54,931 bases of DNA from a virus. Its lineage: Duplodnaviria; Caudoviricetes. A program made the position numbers and the translations under genes. The notes under the pieces were generated by a model that was not told where the DNA came from, made no database searches, and saw only the letters and a program-made list of their open reading frames with translations. Positions within the stretch are counted from its first letter, which is position 1. Every line of letters starts with the position of its first letter. Below, piece after piece: positions 44,989 through 54,803 of this stretch. The stretch spans positions 1 through 54,931 of IMG/VR virus record IMGVR_UViG_3300035180_000859. One strand, written 5' to 3'.

Positions 44989-47142
44989 TTAGATGTGCCC
45001 TATGAATGAGTATTTCTCGGTGTGGGGATTAGCCTCTCCGGACAGCAACGCGCCTGGGCGTTCGGTGGTTACGTTGTGGGTTGGTACGCCGTCGATCAGC
45101 TCTGTGTTGAGTATGCTGACTGCCTCAGAACTTCCGAGCATACTGCACGCGACCCTGAACGGGTCAGTGGGCCATATGGGGAAGTTACGCCAGTATTTGC
45201 CTTCATTCACAATCAACGTGCTATCCAGGCCGGGGTAAGTGTACTCCTGAGTAGGGCTATTGGGCGCCGCTGTCAGAACCTTGTTCTGGTAGTAAGCGTC
45301 GGCAACGTAGCGCGTATACCCCCACTGGCCATCTGCCCCCCACTCAAAGGGGCGATACGTAAGGGAGGCGTGTGCATTGAAGAGTATGGGGCTGATGTGG
45401 GCGAAGCCGTCAAGATCGAATTTACCTACGAGGAGCGCGGACAACTCAGGGAAGAGCCCATTGTGCACGGTAGTGCCTGCATGATAGTAGTCCATGTCGT
45501 AAGCATATACCGTGTCGGGTTGACCGGGGGCATTCGGGTCATATGAGTTTTCGACCACCCCGCAGTGGTATATGTATACGTACGTCTCGAAGTCCTGGTA
45601 AGCCGCACCCTCCCTGAATTGGACATACCCGTCGCGCATCCCGTCAGCCCAGACGGCGCTGCTCAGCCCCACGTCTTGTGTTTTGTCGGACACGCCGACA
45701 TACTCGAAGGTGTTTACTGTGGTGGTGACATTAGACGGCGTGCCGCTCGGGCGCATGGTGCCGTAGTTTACGTCGGTGAACCCGCTCGCAATTGATACAG
45801 ATGGCAGCAACGTCCGCTGCGTCACTGTATAGCCATACCGCATCTCGGTAAGGTTTCCTGTGGCCACATATCTTTCCGCCCCGTTTGCATAAGTAGGGGA
45901 GATGTTATATGGAGGGGCTCCGCCAACAGCGCCAGTGGTGCCGGCGGCGTCTGACCTTATTCGCACAGTGTCCAGTACGCCATTTATATGGCACACCAAG
46001 ATCGGCGTCGTCAGCGCTGTGCTGGCAAGGTGTGCGGGTTCGGAAGTCGCTATTACCTTACCCGGCATTGGAGCCATCAGGCTGGTGGTCGGATCGAAAA
46101 AAGCAAAGGGTATATCGCGCGCCACGCCACCATCACCCCACCACCACAGTGGACCGCTCTCCACCAGTACCAACGCGGCTGACCCGGTTGCGATGGGTGA
46201 GTCTGGCAGGCGGGGCAGGTTCGTCATACCTATGAGAATGTCAATCCGGTAATGGTATCCCGTTACCTCACCGGCGCCGTCCGTCGCATAGCAGGTGTTG
46301 TGTGCTTCGCTCCCGGTGTCGTTGAACGACCAACCGAGCGCGGAGCTGTAGCCGCTCTTCGTGAAGTAGGGGCTCATCTCAGCCGCTGTCTTGAGCTGGA
46401 GCACGTCGCCGCTGGTGATGGCGGCGGTCAGCGCATCCCCGGTAGGGAAGGTTGCCCCGGTAGGGGCACCACCGAATGTCTCTCCTGCGACCCTGATCAC
46501 GTCCTGCGGGCTTGCGACCATTTTCGCTTTTGTGAGCTGCGCGCTGAGCGGGAGTGGCATTGCGATCACGCCGTTCGTGCTGCTGATCTCCAGCAGCCAG
46601 ATGCGCCCATCAGCCGCCGTCACGGCTCCGTGGCACCGCGCCCAGTGGAAGTCGTAGACAACCTGAACGCCCCGGCCATATCCGAGGACGAACTGCACGA
46701 CTTTTGCCATCATTCCTGAGTACATGGACGAGACGACATGGGTGTATTGCGAGCCTGTACCTACGCTTAGCGAGGGGGCGGCCTCCACCACCAGACGGCC
46801 CATGTCGTGGAACGCCGTCGCACTGCCGCCACTGGCGTACTTGCTTGCCTGCGCGGTCGCCTTGAAGTCCCGCAGGACCCTCACCGGTAGCGTGTCTGGC
46901 GGCGAACCATCCGGCACAGGGGGTTCGAATATCTGGCCGCCTCTGATGGCACCACTTAGGACTGACACCCTGTCCTCAATCCTGATGTACTCGTGCCCCG
47001 GCTGGATGCGCACCTTGATCGACACGCCATCGACCTCATACGATTGATCCGCGTAGGGTAGCCCCAGCTTCTTGAGCTTGGTTACGCAACTACGGGCGAA
47101 GGGCAAGAACCGCTCTCCGCCCAGGATCAGTCGATGCCCCAT
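44989..47142 (-). CDS. Virion structural protein (putative tail or receptor-binding)
   Basis: Long beta-rich ORF in the structural operon. Confidence 0.65.
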   Translation of the reverse strand: MGHRLILGGERFLPFARSCVTKLKKLGLPYADQSYEVDGVSIKVRIQPGHEYIRIEDRVSVLSGAIRGGQIFEPPVPDGSPPDTLPVRVLRDFKATAQASKYASGGSATAFHDMGRLVVEAAPSLSVGTGSQYTHVVSSMYSGMMAKVVQFVLGYGRGVQVVYDFHWARCHGAVTAADGRIWLLEISSTNGVIAMPLPLSAQLTKAKMVASPQDVIRVAGETFGGAPTGATFPTGDALTAAITSGDVLQLKTAAEMSPYFTKSGYSSALGWSFNDTGSEAHNTCYATDGAGEVTGYHYRIDILIGMTNLPRLPDSPIATGSAALVLVESGPLWWWGDGGVARDIPFAFFDPTTSLMAPMPGKVIATSEPAHLASTALTTPILVCHINGVLDTVRIRSDAAGTTGAVGGAPPYNISPTYANGAERYVATGNLTEMRYGYTVTQRTLLPSVSIASGFTDVNYGTMRPSGTPSNVTTTVNTFEYVGVSDKTQDVGLSSAVWADGMRDGYVQFREGAAYQDFETYVYIYHCGVVENSYDPNAPGQPDTVYAYDMDYYHAGTTVHNGLFPELSALLVGKFDLDGFAHISPILFNAHASLTYRPFEWGADGQWGYTRYVADAYYQNKVLTAAPNSPTQEYTYPGLDSTLIVNEGKYWRNFPIWPTDPFRVACSMLGSSEAVSILNTELIDGVPTHNVTTERPGALLSGEANPHTEKYSFIGHI

Positions 47143-47150
47143 TTAGGAGC

Positions 47151-47606
47151 TTACTGCGCAGGGATAGTGAACGTAAAACTATCCAAGGTGGTCGGCGCAC
47201 CAACAGCGATCGAAATATTCGACAGGTTCAGGTCCGCACCAGACACGGCAATGGAACCGTCCAGACGTGGTAGTGTGGTTGTGGCCAAGCCCGTATCAGC
47301 AGCATTGCCCCTAAATCGGAACCAGCCAGCCGTTCCGGCAGCAATGCCGTTAAAGCTCCACACACCAGACTTCGATACCGAGCCGGATGAAGCTGCGGCA
47401 AAAGTCAGACCGTTGGTGGCAACACCGTCGGTAAACGCGCCGGAGTTCAGCGTTACGATGCCCAGCAGCGTGCCGGTCACGGCATCGTCCGCCGTGGCCG
47501 GTTGGGTGCCGCTGTAGATGTCGATGACGCCGTTGGCGAAGGTGGCGGCAAACCCCGTGCCGCCGGCGAGGTTTGTGCGCAGCTGGGTACTGAGTCGTAC
47601 AGTCAT
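47151..47606 (-). CDS. Virion structural protein
   Basis: RLSTQLRT...IYSGTQPATADDA...GTAGWFR motif typical of small tail-associated proteins. Confidence 0.75.
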   Translation of the reverse strand: MTVRLSTQLRTNLAGGTGFAATFANGVIDIYSGTQPATADDAVTGTLLGIVTLNSGAFTDGVATNGLTFAAASSGSVSKSGVWSFNGIAAGTAGWFRFRGNAADTGLATTTLPRLDGSIAVSGADLNLSNISIAVGAPTTLDSFTFTIPAQ

Positions 47607-47615
47607 GATGGTTCC

Positions 47616-48764
47616 TTATATAGAGTTGAATGCCGACCCACCCTGCTGAATCACAGAGAGGTAGCGTTTTTGTCCGCCTGTGCGGATCACACAACCTCCG
47701 GCGCGAACACCGGGGGCGACACTGACCTGTTTTTCGGTCAAGTTCGTGAAGGGCAACGCCGCGCACAAGCCGCGGAGTGTCCAGAAAAGTAAGCGCTCGC
47801 CGTCGCGGCTCCAGTGTTGCCCTGGTATCACGCCATAGTCAGCCATCTGGTCGAGCTTGGTGCCGTCGTAGGCGTAGACCCGCGACTCTGTGCCAATCAG
47901 CAGCGCACTGTCGTGCGGGGCCAGCATATGAACGTGGCCTGGCACGATAATGAAGTTGCTATTGAGGTTGAACAGGTGAAAACCCAGCGCTTCGGTAAAC
48001 CACAGCACGGTCTGGTCTTCAGGTGCCATATATTGGGCGGCGTAAACCCGCCCCCGCCACGCCTGGATCACATCAGTGCCAGGTGGCAGGGGGTCGAGAA
48101 AAGCATTGAGCAGGTCGCGCCCGAGGGTGTCGGGACTGGTGTTGAAGGTCAGGGCCGTGGCGCGGGTGTTGGCAAAGAGCTGGAACACCTCGCTGTTGGC
48201 TGGGGCAATGTAGATGTTGGTTCGTGCGCCTGCCACACTAGGGGTGGCACTGATCTGCAGCGCCTGGCCTTCGGTCAGTGTGATCTCAGCTGCACCGCCC
48301 GTACCGGTCTCACGCCCGTCATCGAGTACATAAGTGCAGCGCACCTGGTAGACACCCACGGGCAAAGAGCCCGTGACCGCGGTGACCGCGGGGGCGCTCG
48401 GCGTCGGCCAGGCCCAAGGCAGCACGGTGTCGTCGGGCATGATCACGCCGCTGTCGGTGCCATTACTGAAAAACACCTGTTTGTTGACCTCGCACCAGGA
48501 CATGGGCGCAGTCGAACTTAGAGCCGCGATGATCTTGCCAGCGAAGTCCTGAATATTGGCGGCCGTGGCCAGGTATATGCGGCTGAAGTCGAGGGTGCTG
48601 TAGGCGCTAGCAAACCCACCTGCGCGGCTCAGGGCGTAGCCACTGCGCTTGGCAATGCCGCCGGTGTCAGTGATGTTGATGTTGTCCGCTTGGACGAGCC
48701 AGGACATGTCCAACCGCATGGGGTCAGATACACTGTTCAAACCTTTAAACGCCTTGATGTCCAT
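47616..48764 (-). CDS. Virion structural protein (tail tubular or nozzle-like)
   Basis: FKGLN...ADNINI...G...KRSG N-terminus; beta-rich. Confidence 0.7.
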   Translation of the reverse strand: MDIKAFKGLNSVSDPMRLDMSWLVQADNINITDTGGIAKRSGYALSRAGGFASAYSTLDFSRIYLATAANIQDFAGKIIAALSSTAPMSWCEVNKQVFFSNGTDSGVIMPDDTVLPWAWPTPSAPAVTAVTGSLPVGVYQVRCTYVLDDGRETGTGGAAEITLTEGQALQISATPSVAGARTNIYIAPANSEVFQLFANTRATALTFNTSPDTLGRDLLNAFLDPLPPGTDVIQAWRGRVYAAQYMAPEDQTVLWFTEALGFHLFNLNSNFIIVPGHVHMLAPHDSALLIGTESRVYAYDGTKLDQMADYGVIPGQHWSRDGERLLFWTLRGLCAALPFTNLTEKQVSVAPGVRAGGCVIRTGGQKRYLSVIQQGGSAFNSI

Positions 48765-48770
48765 AGCCTC

Positions 48771-48784
48771 ATTCTATCTTAGAT
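48771..48784 (-). promoter_or_regulatory. Putative promoter (ATCTAAGATAGAAT), 6 nt before the ATG at 48764
   Basis: Same motif and same 6-nt spacing as in front of terS. Confidence 0.55.
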
Positions 48785-48880
48785 ATTAGATGCCGGGAGG
48801 TTGGTTTCCCAGGCACTACTCTGGTCACGGTCCGCACCTCCCGGTGGCGTTCAGGTACAACCCTGAGACCTGATGTTTGC

Positions 48881-49216
48881 TTACTTCGACACGTCCTGCG
48901 TGAAGATGTACTTGTCCTTGCCAAGGGTCTCGATGGTGCCCGCAGCGTCAGTGAACTGGATGTCGAAGAAATAGGTGTCGGGCACCTGGTCGGCCTGCGT
49001 GGCCGTCGGAGTGAACGAGACTTTCCCTGCTACCGGGTCGAGGATGACTCCAGTCAGGCTGAACAGGTTGTTAGCAGCAGATACCGGGTTTTCCTCCGGG
49101 TCCACGGTTAGCTTGAAGGTACCGCCGGTCACGTCTACCGCTGTCTTGGTGGACTTGTTGATGACGTTGATAATATCGGCCCGGGTGTCGCCCCGGAAGC
49201 GGGTGATGGTGGTCAT
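48881..49216 (-). CDS. Small tail accessory protein (BppU N-terminus-like)
   Basis: RGDT...VDVTG...GKVSFTPT...YFFDIQ pattern. Confidence 0.65.
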   Translation of the reverse strand: MTTITRFRGDTRADIINVINKSTKTAVDVTGGTFKLTVDPEENPVSAANNLFSLTGVILDPVAGKVSFTPTATQADQVPDTYFFDIQFTDAAGTIETLGKDKYIFTQDVSK

Positions 49217-51372
49217 GTGATCGAAACTCCTGTCGTTGGCGGTGAAGTGTTGAAGGTGCGCTCGTCGTCGTCTCTCACGAACGCCCTTGTCATCAAAGAT
49301 AGAGTGTAGACGTATAGCAGGTCCTGCATCACGGCCATGCGTTGGTTGTAGTCGAGGGTGTAGCTATGCTGGTTGTCCAGTAGGTCAAAGCCCAACTCGT
49401 TGGCCACCAGACCATAACCGTGTGGCTGCAGCCCTAGTCCAGTACCACTGAAGAACAAGCCACTATCGTTTCCGGTCTCAGTCGCTGCGAACATGCCGAG
49501 TACGCGGGCTTCACCTGAGAACACTGCGGAATCGCTGCCTGTCTCTGTGCCAGCCAGCGTGCCGGTCGAGAGCGGCATCGAGGCGTAGGCGTAGAAAGTA
49601 TCAGAACCGGACTCGGTGGCGGCCGTGGACCCAGAGACAGGTACCTTACCAGCGACGTCGCAGATGTCAGCAACTGATTCGACGCCAGCCAGCGCACCCT
49701 GCACGACTGTGAAGCCAGGGACAGCGAGCACGTCGGTGCCGGACTCTGTGGCGATGAGGTCGCCGGTCGACTTGACCATCCCGCCTGAGGCAGTAAAGGT
49801 GTCAGCCTGATCGGTCGCGGCCAGCGTGCCGGCAACGACCGCGACACCCGAAGTAGCGAGTGAGTCTGTGGTGGGCTCAGTGACGTTCAGCGTGCCTTGG
49901 GCGACGGCGATGCCAGAGGAGATAAAGGTGTCGGTACCTGTCTCGGGGGTGATCAGTGTACCGGTGGACAGAGGCGTGATGCCTGAAGCCGCGAGCCCAT
50001 CGAGGCCAGGTTCAGTGCCAGCCAGCGCACCTTGGGCCAGGTTTGTAGCCGCAGCAACAATGGTATCAACGCCCGCCTCGGTAACATCCAGCGCGCCTGC
50101 AGCAGGGGCCGCGCCTGATGCAGCATAGAACGTATCGGCCCCGGCCTCAGCCGCCGCCAACATACCCTGAATCAGCACTTGGGCTGCCGCGGTCAACGTA
50201 TCGGCCCCCGGCTCGGTTGTTGCCAAGGTAGCCTGGGCCAGCGCAGCTGCGCCCCCGATGAAGCTGTCAGTGCCGATCTCGGTGACAGCCAGAACGCCCT
50301 GGGAGAGGACCGCTGTACTGGCGGTGAAGTTGTCAGTTCCAGACTCTACGGCACTCAGGTCACCAGATGCGGTCTGACCTGCGGCGGCGTAGAACGCGTC
50401 AGTACCAGACTCAATCACAACCAGCGAACCCTGGGCCAGTGCATAAGCAGAACTGCTGAAGTCGTCGGGTGTGTCCGTCGCCGCCAGCGAACCCTGAGAG
50501 AGCGCAGAGGCTGAAGCAGCTAGCGTGTCAGAACCAGACTCTGACGCCGCCAAGTTGCCGGATGCTGTCAGACCAGCGGATGCCGTGAGAGTGTCAGCGC
50601 CTGACTCTGTAACGGTCAGCGAACCCTGCGTCAGTGCCGATACGGATGACACCAGTGAGTCGGCGCCGGGCTCCGTCGCTGCCAGTGACCCAGATACCGC
50701 ACTCGAGCCGGCGGCCGTATCGAACTGGAGCCAAGTGACCTTGGCGTCGATAGCACCTGTGCTGCTGCCCGCAGAGGCCAGTGCGTCGGGACCTGACTCG
50801 GTGACGACCAATGTGCCCTGTACTAGGACTGCCCCCGGGGCCACCGCTGTATCAACGCTGAGTTCTGTAACGACTAAGTTGCCCTGTACGAACACCGAAG
50901 TGTCCACCGTGGACACATCGCTGCCCGACTCCGTAGCAGATAGGTCGCCCTGTGCGGTTAGCGCAGCAGATACAACGAATGTGTCTGTACCGGATTCCGA
51001 GGTCGATAATGTGCCTGATGACACTTGCCCTGCAGTCGCGTAGAGCGTATCTGAACCGGGCTCCGTGGCTGTCAGGCTGCCCTGCGTGGGTACAACACCC
51101 GAGACAGCAGCGATGTCGGTACCCGCCTCGGTTACTGAGAGCTGGCCCTGTGCCAGGTTTGCCGCAGATGAACCGAAGGTATCGAATATGGCTGTCTCGG
51201 TAACAGCCATGGCACCCTGGGCCAGACCGGCCGCTGCACCTACAAAACTGTCGTTGCCTGACTCAGTGGCAGCTAAAGTACCAGACGCGCTCGTGCCCGC
51301 CACTGCGGTGTCGAACTGGAGCCATGTGACTTTAGCGTCAGCCGCACCAGCCAGCGCGAGCAGCAGCGCCAT
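49213..51372 (-). CDS. Repeat-rich fibre-like virion protein
   Basis: More than 20 copies of a ~23-25-aa G-x-L-x-x-T-E-x-G-x-D unit; DAKVTWLQFDTA occurs twice. Confidence 0.8.
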   Translation of the reverse strand: MALLLALAGAADAKVTWLQFDTAVAGTSASGTLAATESGNDSFVGAAAGLAQGAMAVTETAIFDTFGSSAANLAQGQLSVTEAGTDIAAVSGVVPTQGSLTATEPGSDTLYATAGQVSSGTLSTSESGTDTFVVSAALTAQGDLSATESGSDVSTVDTSVFVQGNLVVTELSVDTAVAPGAVLVQGTLVVTESGPDALASAGSSTGAIDAKVTWLQFDTAAGSSAVSGSLAATEPGADSLVSSVSALTQGSLTVTESGADTLTASAGLTASGNLAASESGSDTLAASASALSQGSLAATDTPDDFSSSAYALAQGSLVVIESGTDAFYAAAGQTASGDLSAVESGTDNFTASTAVLSQGVLAVTEIGTDSFIGGAAALAQATLATTEPGADTLTAAAQVLIQGMLAAAEAGADTFYAASGAAPAAGALDVTEAGVDTIVAAATNLAQGALAGTEPGLDGLAASGITPLSTGTLITPETGTDTFISSGIAVAQGTLNVTEPTTDSLATSGVAVVAGTLAATDQADTFTASGGMVKSTGDLIATESGTDVLAVPGFTVVQGALAGVESVADICDVAGKVPVSGSTAATESGSDTFYAYASMPLSTGTLAGTETGSDSAVFSGEARVLGMFAATETGNDSGLFFSGTGLGLQPHGYGLVANELGFDLLDNQHSYTLDYNQRMAVMQDLLYVYTLSLMTRAFVRDDDERTFNTSPPTTGVSIT

Positions 51373-51376
51373 CTAC

Positions 51377-52795
51377 TTACTCCCAGTAAGCGTTCACGCC
51401 TACTTGCCCCCTAAACAGCTCAGTCGACGTAGCCGTACCGTAAGGCATACGCAAGATAATGTGAAGGTAAGTCCCAGGTTCTACGGTCAGTGGGGCATCT
51501 AGACCCATGTCCACACGGGGTGCTTGGGCGCCCGCCAGTGCGCCCACTACAAAAGTCTGCACGCCCAAGGCAATGCGCTTGGGGAGCCGGGTTGCGGCTG
51601 CATCCGTGGTCAGCAGAGTGACCGACGTCGAGCCTACTGCTGCGCTCCACTCCAGTACGGTCGGTGTGGTCGCCACTGCGACAACCGCATTGTATGTGTC
51701 GATCCAGATGTCCCGGATCACCAAGTTGCGCCCTGTGATGCCTGTTGTCGGGGTGGGGTTGAGGAACGCAAATAGCGCATAGTCGGTTTCTGCACCCGCC
51801 ACGGCGGCGAACACAAATTTGCCTCCGAGGGTGGCGTACCCCGCTGTTGCGTTGGCCAGTGTAGCCGCTGACGGGGCGGTGTTATTCACATTGTTGGCCG
51901 TCATGCCCGCTGCGCCGCCTGATGGGTACTGTACACCAGAGAGCCCCTGTCCTGCCATGTTGCTGGCCCACAGCCGCACATTGTCCATGTCAGCCATGCT
52001 CACCGCGTAGTTAGCGAACTTGGCATTGATGACGGCACTGGTTGTCCCTACGTGGTGGTGGCGTACTGCCCATGGTACTGATCCTGCGTACACGGTGCTG
52101 CCCACTGCAGTTGACCTCGCCTTGAGGCCATACAGCACGTCATCAATCCAGAATTCGACATTGCTATCGGTCAGCGTGATGTTGTATTTGTAAACCTGAT
52201 TGATGGCTGGGGCGAACGCAAAGACCGCCGTGGTAGATTCGGTGCCGTTGACATTGACCACGCCAAAGACCCCGGTGCTGTTGATGCGGAAGTACACGCC
52301 ATCCAGCGGGATCGAGGTCGAGCCGGCAGCAGGCAGAAAGCCACCGAAATCCAGCGTCCAGTTGGTGACTGGTGTGTTAGAAAGGGACATAGCCTGCTCG
52401 AAATACACCCCGCCTGCACCCTGAATCGGAAAATGCCGGTAGGTCTGAATCTGGCACCCAACACCAGTCGTTGTGACATTGCCCGAGTTGGTGTTCAGGA
52501 ACCCCGAGGCCCACGACATCGTGAGTGTGTTTGACGTGTACTTGTGTTTGTTGTAGTTCTGAGTCGTGTAGTTGAAGTTTTCGTCATCCCATACACTGTC
52601 GACACCCGCCCGCAGGCGGTAGTCTGGTGAGGTTTCAGGTGAGCGCAATGTGGGGGTTCCAAGCACCGCGCCGGGGTCGTTTTCAGACATGATGCGTACT
52701 GCGCCCACATAAGCCGAGACATTGGTCAGTGCTGTTCTGATATTGCCGCCAGCGTCGAGGTTCGCACCAACGACATTTACATCCATTCCGCTCAT
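51377..52795 (-). CDS. Beta-rich virion protein (lectin-like fold inferred)
   Basis: GVYFRI...VEFWIDD pattern; fibre gene cluster. Confidence 0.7.
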   Translation of the reverse strand: MSGMDVNVVGANLDAGGNIRTALTNVSAYVGAVRIMSENDPGAVLGTPTLRSPETSPDYRLRAGVDSVWDDENFNYTTQNYNKHKYTSNTLTMSWASGFLNTNSGNVTTTGVGCQIQTYRHFPIQGAGGVYFEQAMSLSNTPVTNWTLDFGGFLPAAGSTSIPLDGVYFRINSTGVFGVVNVNGTESTTAVFAFAPAINQVYKYNITLTDSNVEFWIDDVLYGLKARSTAVGSTVYAGSVPWAVRHHHVGTTSAVINAKFANYAVSMADMDNVRLWASNMAGQGLSGVQYPSGGAAGMTANNVNNTAPSAATLANATAGYATLGGKFVFAAVAGAETDYALFAFLNPTPTTGITGRNLVIRDIWIDTYNAVVAVATTPTVLEWSAAVGSTSVTLLTTDAAATRLPKRIALGVQTFVVGALAGAQAPRVDMGLDAPLTVEPGTYLHIILRMPYGTATSTELFRGQVGVNAYWE

Positions 52796-52807
52796 AAGTA
52801 TCTCCGG

Positions 52808-53095
52808 TTAGTCCACCCATACCCAGCGCACTTGAAACGTGCCTGTCAGGTCATGGGTTGAGGTTGCATAAATCGTAAAGCCTGTAGCCGCCGTGGGCGT
52901 GCCGCAGGTCAGCCCTGTAAGGGCTGCAAAGAATCGGTGGTCACTGGCGCTGTGGCTGGCGGTCGAATCGTCGGCCATCACCCATGAGTCGCATTTGCTC
53001 GTGGCCAGAATGCTGGCTTGCCCGGTAACAGCAACACTGGCCTCATTCGAGCCCGTACCAAAGTCGAGAGTAGCTACGCCAGTTGCACTGCTCAT
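52808..53095 (-). CDS. Small fibre-associated protein
   Basis: GVATLDFG...VTGQ...GFTIYA...GTFQVRW; ATGA coupling. Confidence 0.7.
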   Translation of the reverse strand: MSSATGVATLDFGTGSNEASVAVTGQASILATSKCDSWVMADDSTASHSASDHRFFAALTGLTCGTPTAATGFTIYATSTHDLTGTFQVRWVWVD

Positions 53096-54240
53096 GATGT
53101 CTCCAATTGTACGGACATAGCACCAGATGTCAGCGCGGCAATCTGCGGTGCGGTTAGGGTCTGTTGATAAAGCGTGTCGGAGGTGGTCAGCGGGTGCGTC
53201 CAGCTAGCCACCGTCGCACCACTCTGACGTAGGCGCACAGTCAGAGTTGAACCTGCAGTGCTGGATGCCCAGTAGCTCAGTACCTGGGTCGCTCCGCCAG
53301 GGTATGCTGTTGTGTCGAGAGCCAGCTCGCACATGCTGGCCGAGGCTACGCTGATGTACTCAGCAGCGCTGTGCACGGTTTCGTTGATAGCGCCCGGAAG
53401 TCCGCCTGTGCCACCTGTGGCTGTCCAAGCGCCTGGTGTGATAGTGCTGAGAGGTCTGCCGATGGTGGGAAGAGTGACGCTGACTGCATCAGGTATCCAG
53501 ATCAGGCGCTCTTCAGGTTCAAAGATTTGCCATGGATTTTTTGCCCATGACATTGCACTATCTGGAGACAGCTCATTCTTCCACGCAACTTGAAGATATG
53601 CGCTGCCGTAAAACAGTGAGGAGGTATCATCCCTCCCCCCGGTATTGAATGTCGCCCCACTATTGCTTGCTGCTCCTGTACCTGTACCTGAATATATAGC
53701 TGTGGCCGCCCCAGTTGCGCCTTTGCTTGTATAGAAATTTGGAGCGTTTTGAATTCCACCTGCTTGTGTTCCTACAACTGCGTCCACTCTACCGACTGCC
53801 ATCACAGAGGATGGAGATGCCCACACTTTGTATGACGCACTATTTGCCCGGCCAAATTTCAACGCCCCAGTGGTACTGTAGGTGCCAAATTCAATCGGCG
53901 TATGGGTGCCACTATTGGAATTCCCATAACCGATCACAGCCATATCAGCAGGCAGAGAATCTGGTGCAAGCACAGCACCTACGGATAAGTCCCCCAACCA
54001 ATCGCTAGCATTAACAGGGTTTGTCCACACGGCTTTGACGCCGGAATATTTCGTGGACTTTCCTAATATCCCTACAGATTCACGCGATGCAGATGATGCG
54101 TTTCGGCTGCCGAGTAAATCAATTAGTTTGTCTCCGACTTGCACAAAAATTAGAGTTTTGGTAAGCGGATTGTCCCAATCAATCCCCACCAGCTCCTGCG
54201 GCTGGCTGGTGCGCGGAACCCTGACTTTGACAAAAGCCAT
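53092..54240 (-). CDS. LamG/concanavalin-like domain virion protein
   Basis: IDWDNPLT...WKNELS...NPWQIF boundaries typical of phage LamG modules. Confidence 0.7.
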   Translation of the reverse strand: MAFVKVRVPRTSQPQELVGIDWDNPLTKTLIFVQVGDKLIDLLGSRNASSASRESVGILGKSTKYSGVKAVWTNPVNASDWLGDLSVGAVLAPDSLPADMAVIGYGNSNSGTHTPIEFGTYSTTGALKFGRANSASYKVWASPSSVMAVGRVDAVVGTQAGGIQNAPNFYTSKGATGAATAIYSGTGTGAASNSGATFNTGGRDDTSSLFYGSAYLQVAWKNELSPDSAMSWAKNPWQIFEPEERLIWIPDAVSVTLPTIGRPLSTITPGAWTATGGTGGLPGAINETVHSAAEYISVASASMCELALDTTAYPGGATQVLSYWASSTAGSTLTVRLRQSGATVASWTHPLTTSDTLYQQTLTAPQIAALTSGAMSVQLETS

Positions 54241-54657
54241 TTAGACGCTCGATGCAGATGTGATAACGGTGGCAAAGGCTTCGCAGACAACTGTGTTTGT
54301 CGCAGATGCTGTAAATTCCAAACACACATAACCGCCTGTCGGTGGTCGGAAATTCCAAGGGTTCTTGGTGTTCGCAACGATTCCACTGCCTACAGAGTAA
54401 AGATTTTTCCAGCCTGTTGCGCCGGTGCTTGCTGCCGCTGCCGAGGGAGGTGTTGCACTGGTGGTATGGTAGTGCAAGACGTTCACTTGGCACTGAGTTG
54501 TTGGTGCAGACGCGCCGACGTTGGCCGAAAACGTGAGCAGCGCACTCAGTGCAGAGCGCAGGTCTAAAACGCCGCTGAATACGGATGCCGATGTGCTGTT
54601 AGCCGATCCCGATGGGGACAGGTCAAAGACTGCTGGTACTTGGGTGGTGGTTGTCAT
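54241..54657 (-). CDS. Hypothetical virion-associated protein
   Basis: Ser/Thr-rich ORF adjacent to the LamG gene. Confidence 0.7.
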   Translation of the reverse strand: MTTTTQVPAVFDLSPSGSANSTSASVFSGVLDLRSALSALLTFSANVGASAPTTQCQVNVLHYHTTSATPPSAAAASTGATGWKNLYSVGSGIVANTKNPWNFRPPTGGYVCLEFTASATNTVVCEAFATVITSASSV

Positions 54658-54803
54658 TTAGCTGACCCTTTGAAAATCTGCCACGGGTTTGATTTAAAGG
54701 AGACGGCTTGGTTAGCAGTCATGCGACCGACGCACCAAATATGAGGCCCATCCGGTCGAACATTCACGAGGTTTCTTGCCTTGGATAATTTCTTTGCATT
54801 CAT
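54654..54803 (-). CDS. 49-aa ORF ending ...SNPWQIFKGSAK (possible LamG gene remnant)
   Basis: Manual translation; GGAG RBS; coupled to both neighbours. Confidence 0.5.
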   Translation of the reverse strand: MNAKKLSKARNLVNVRPDGPHIWCVGRMTANQAVSFKSNPWQIFKGSAK

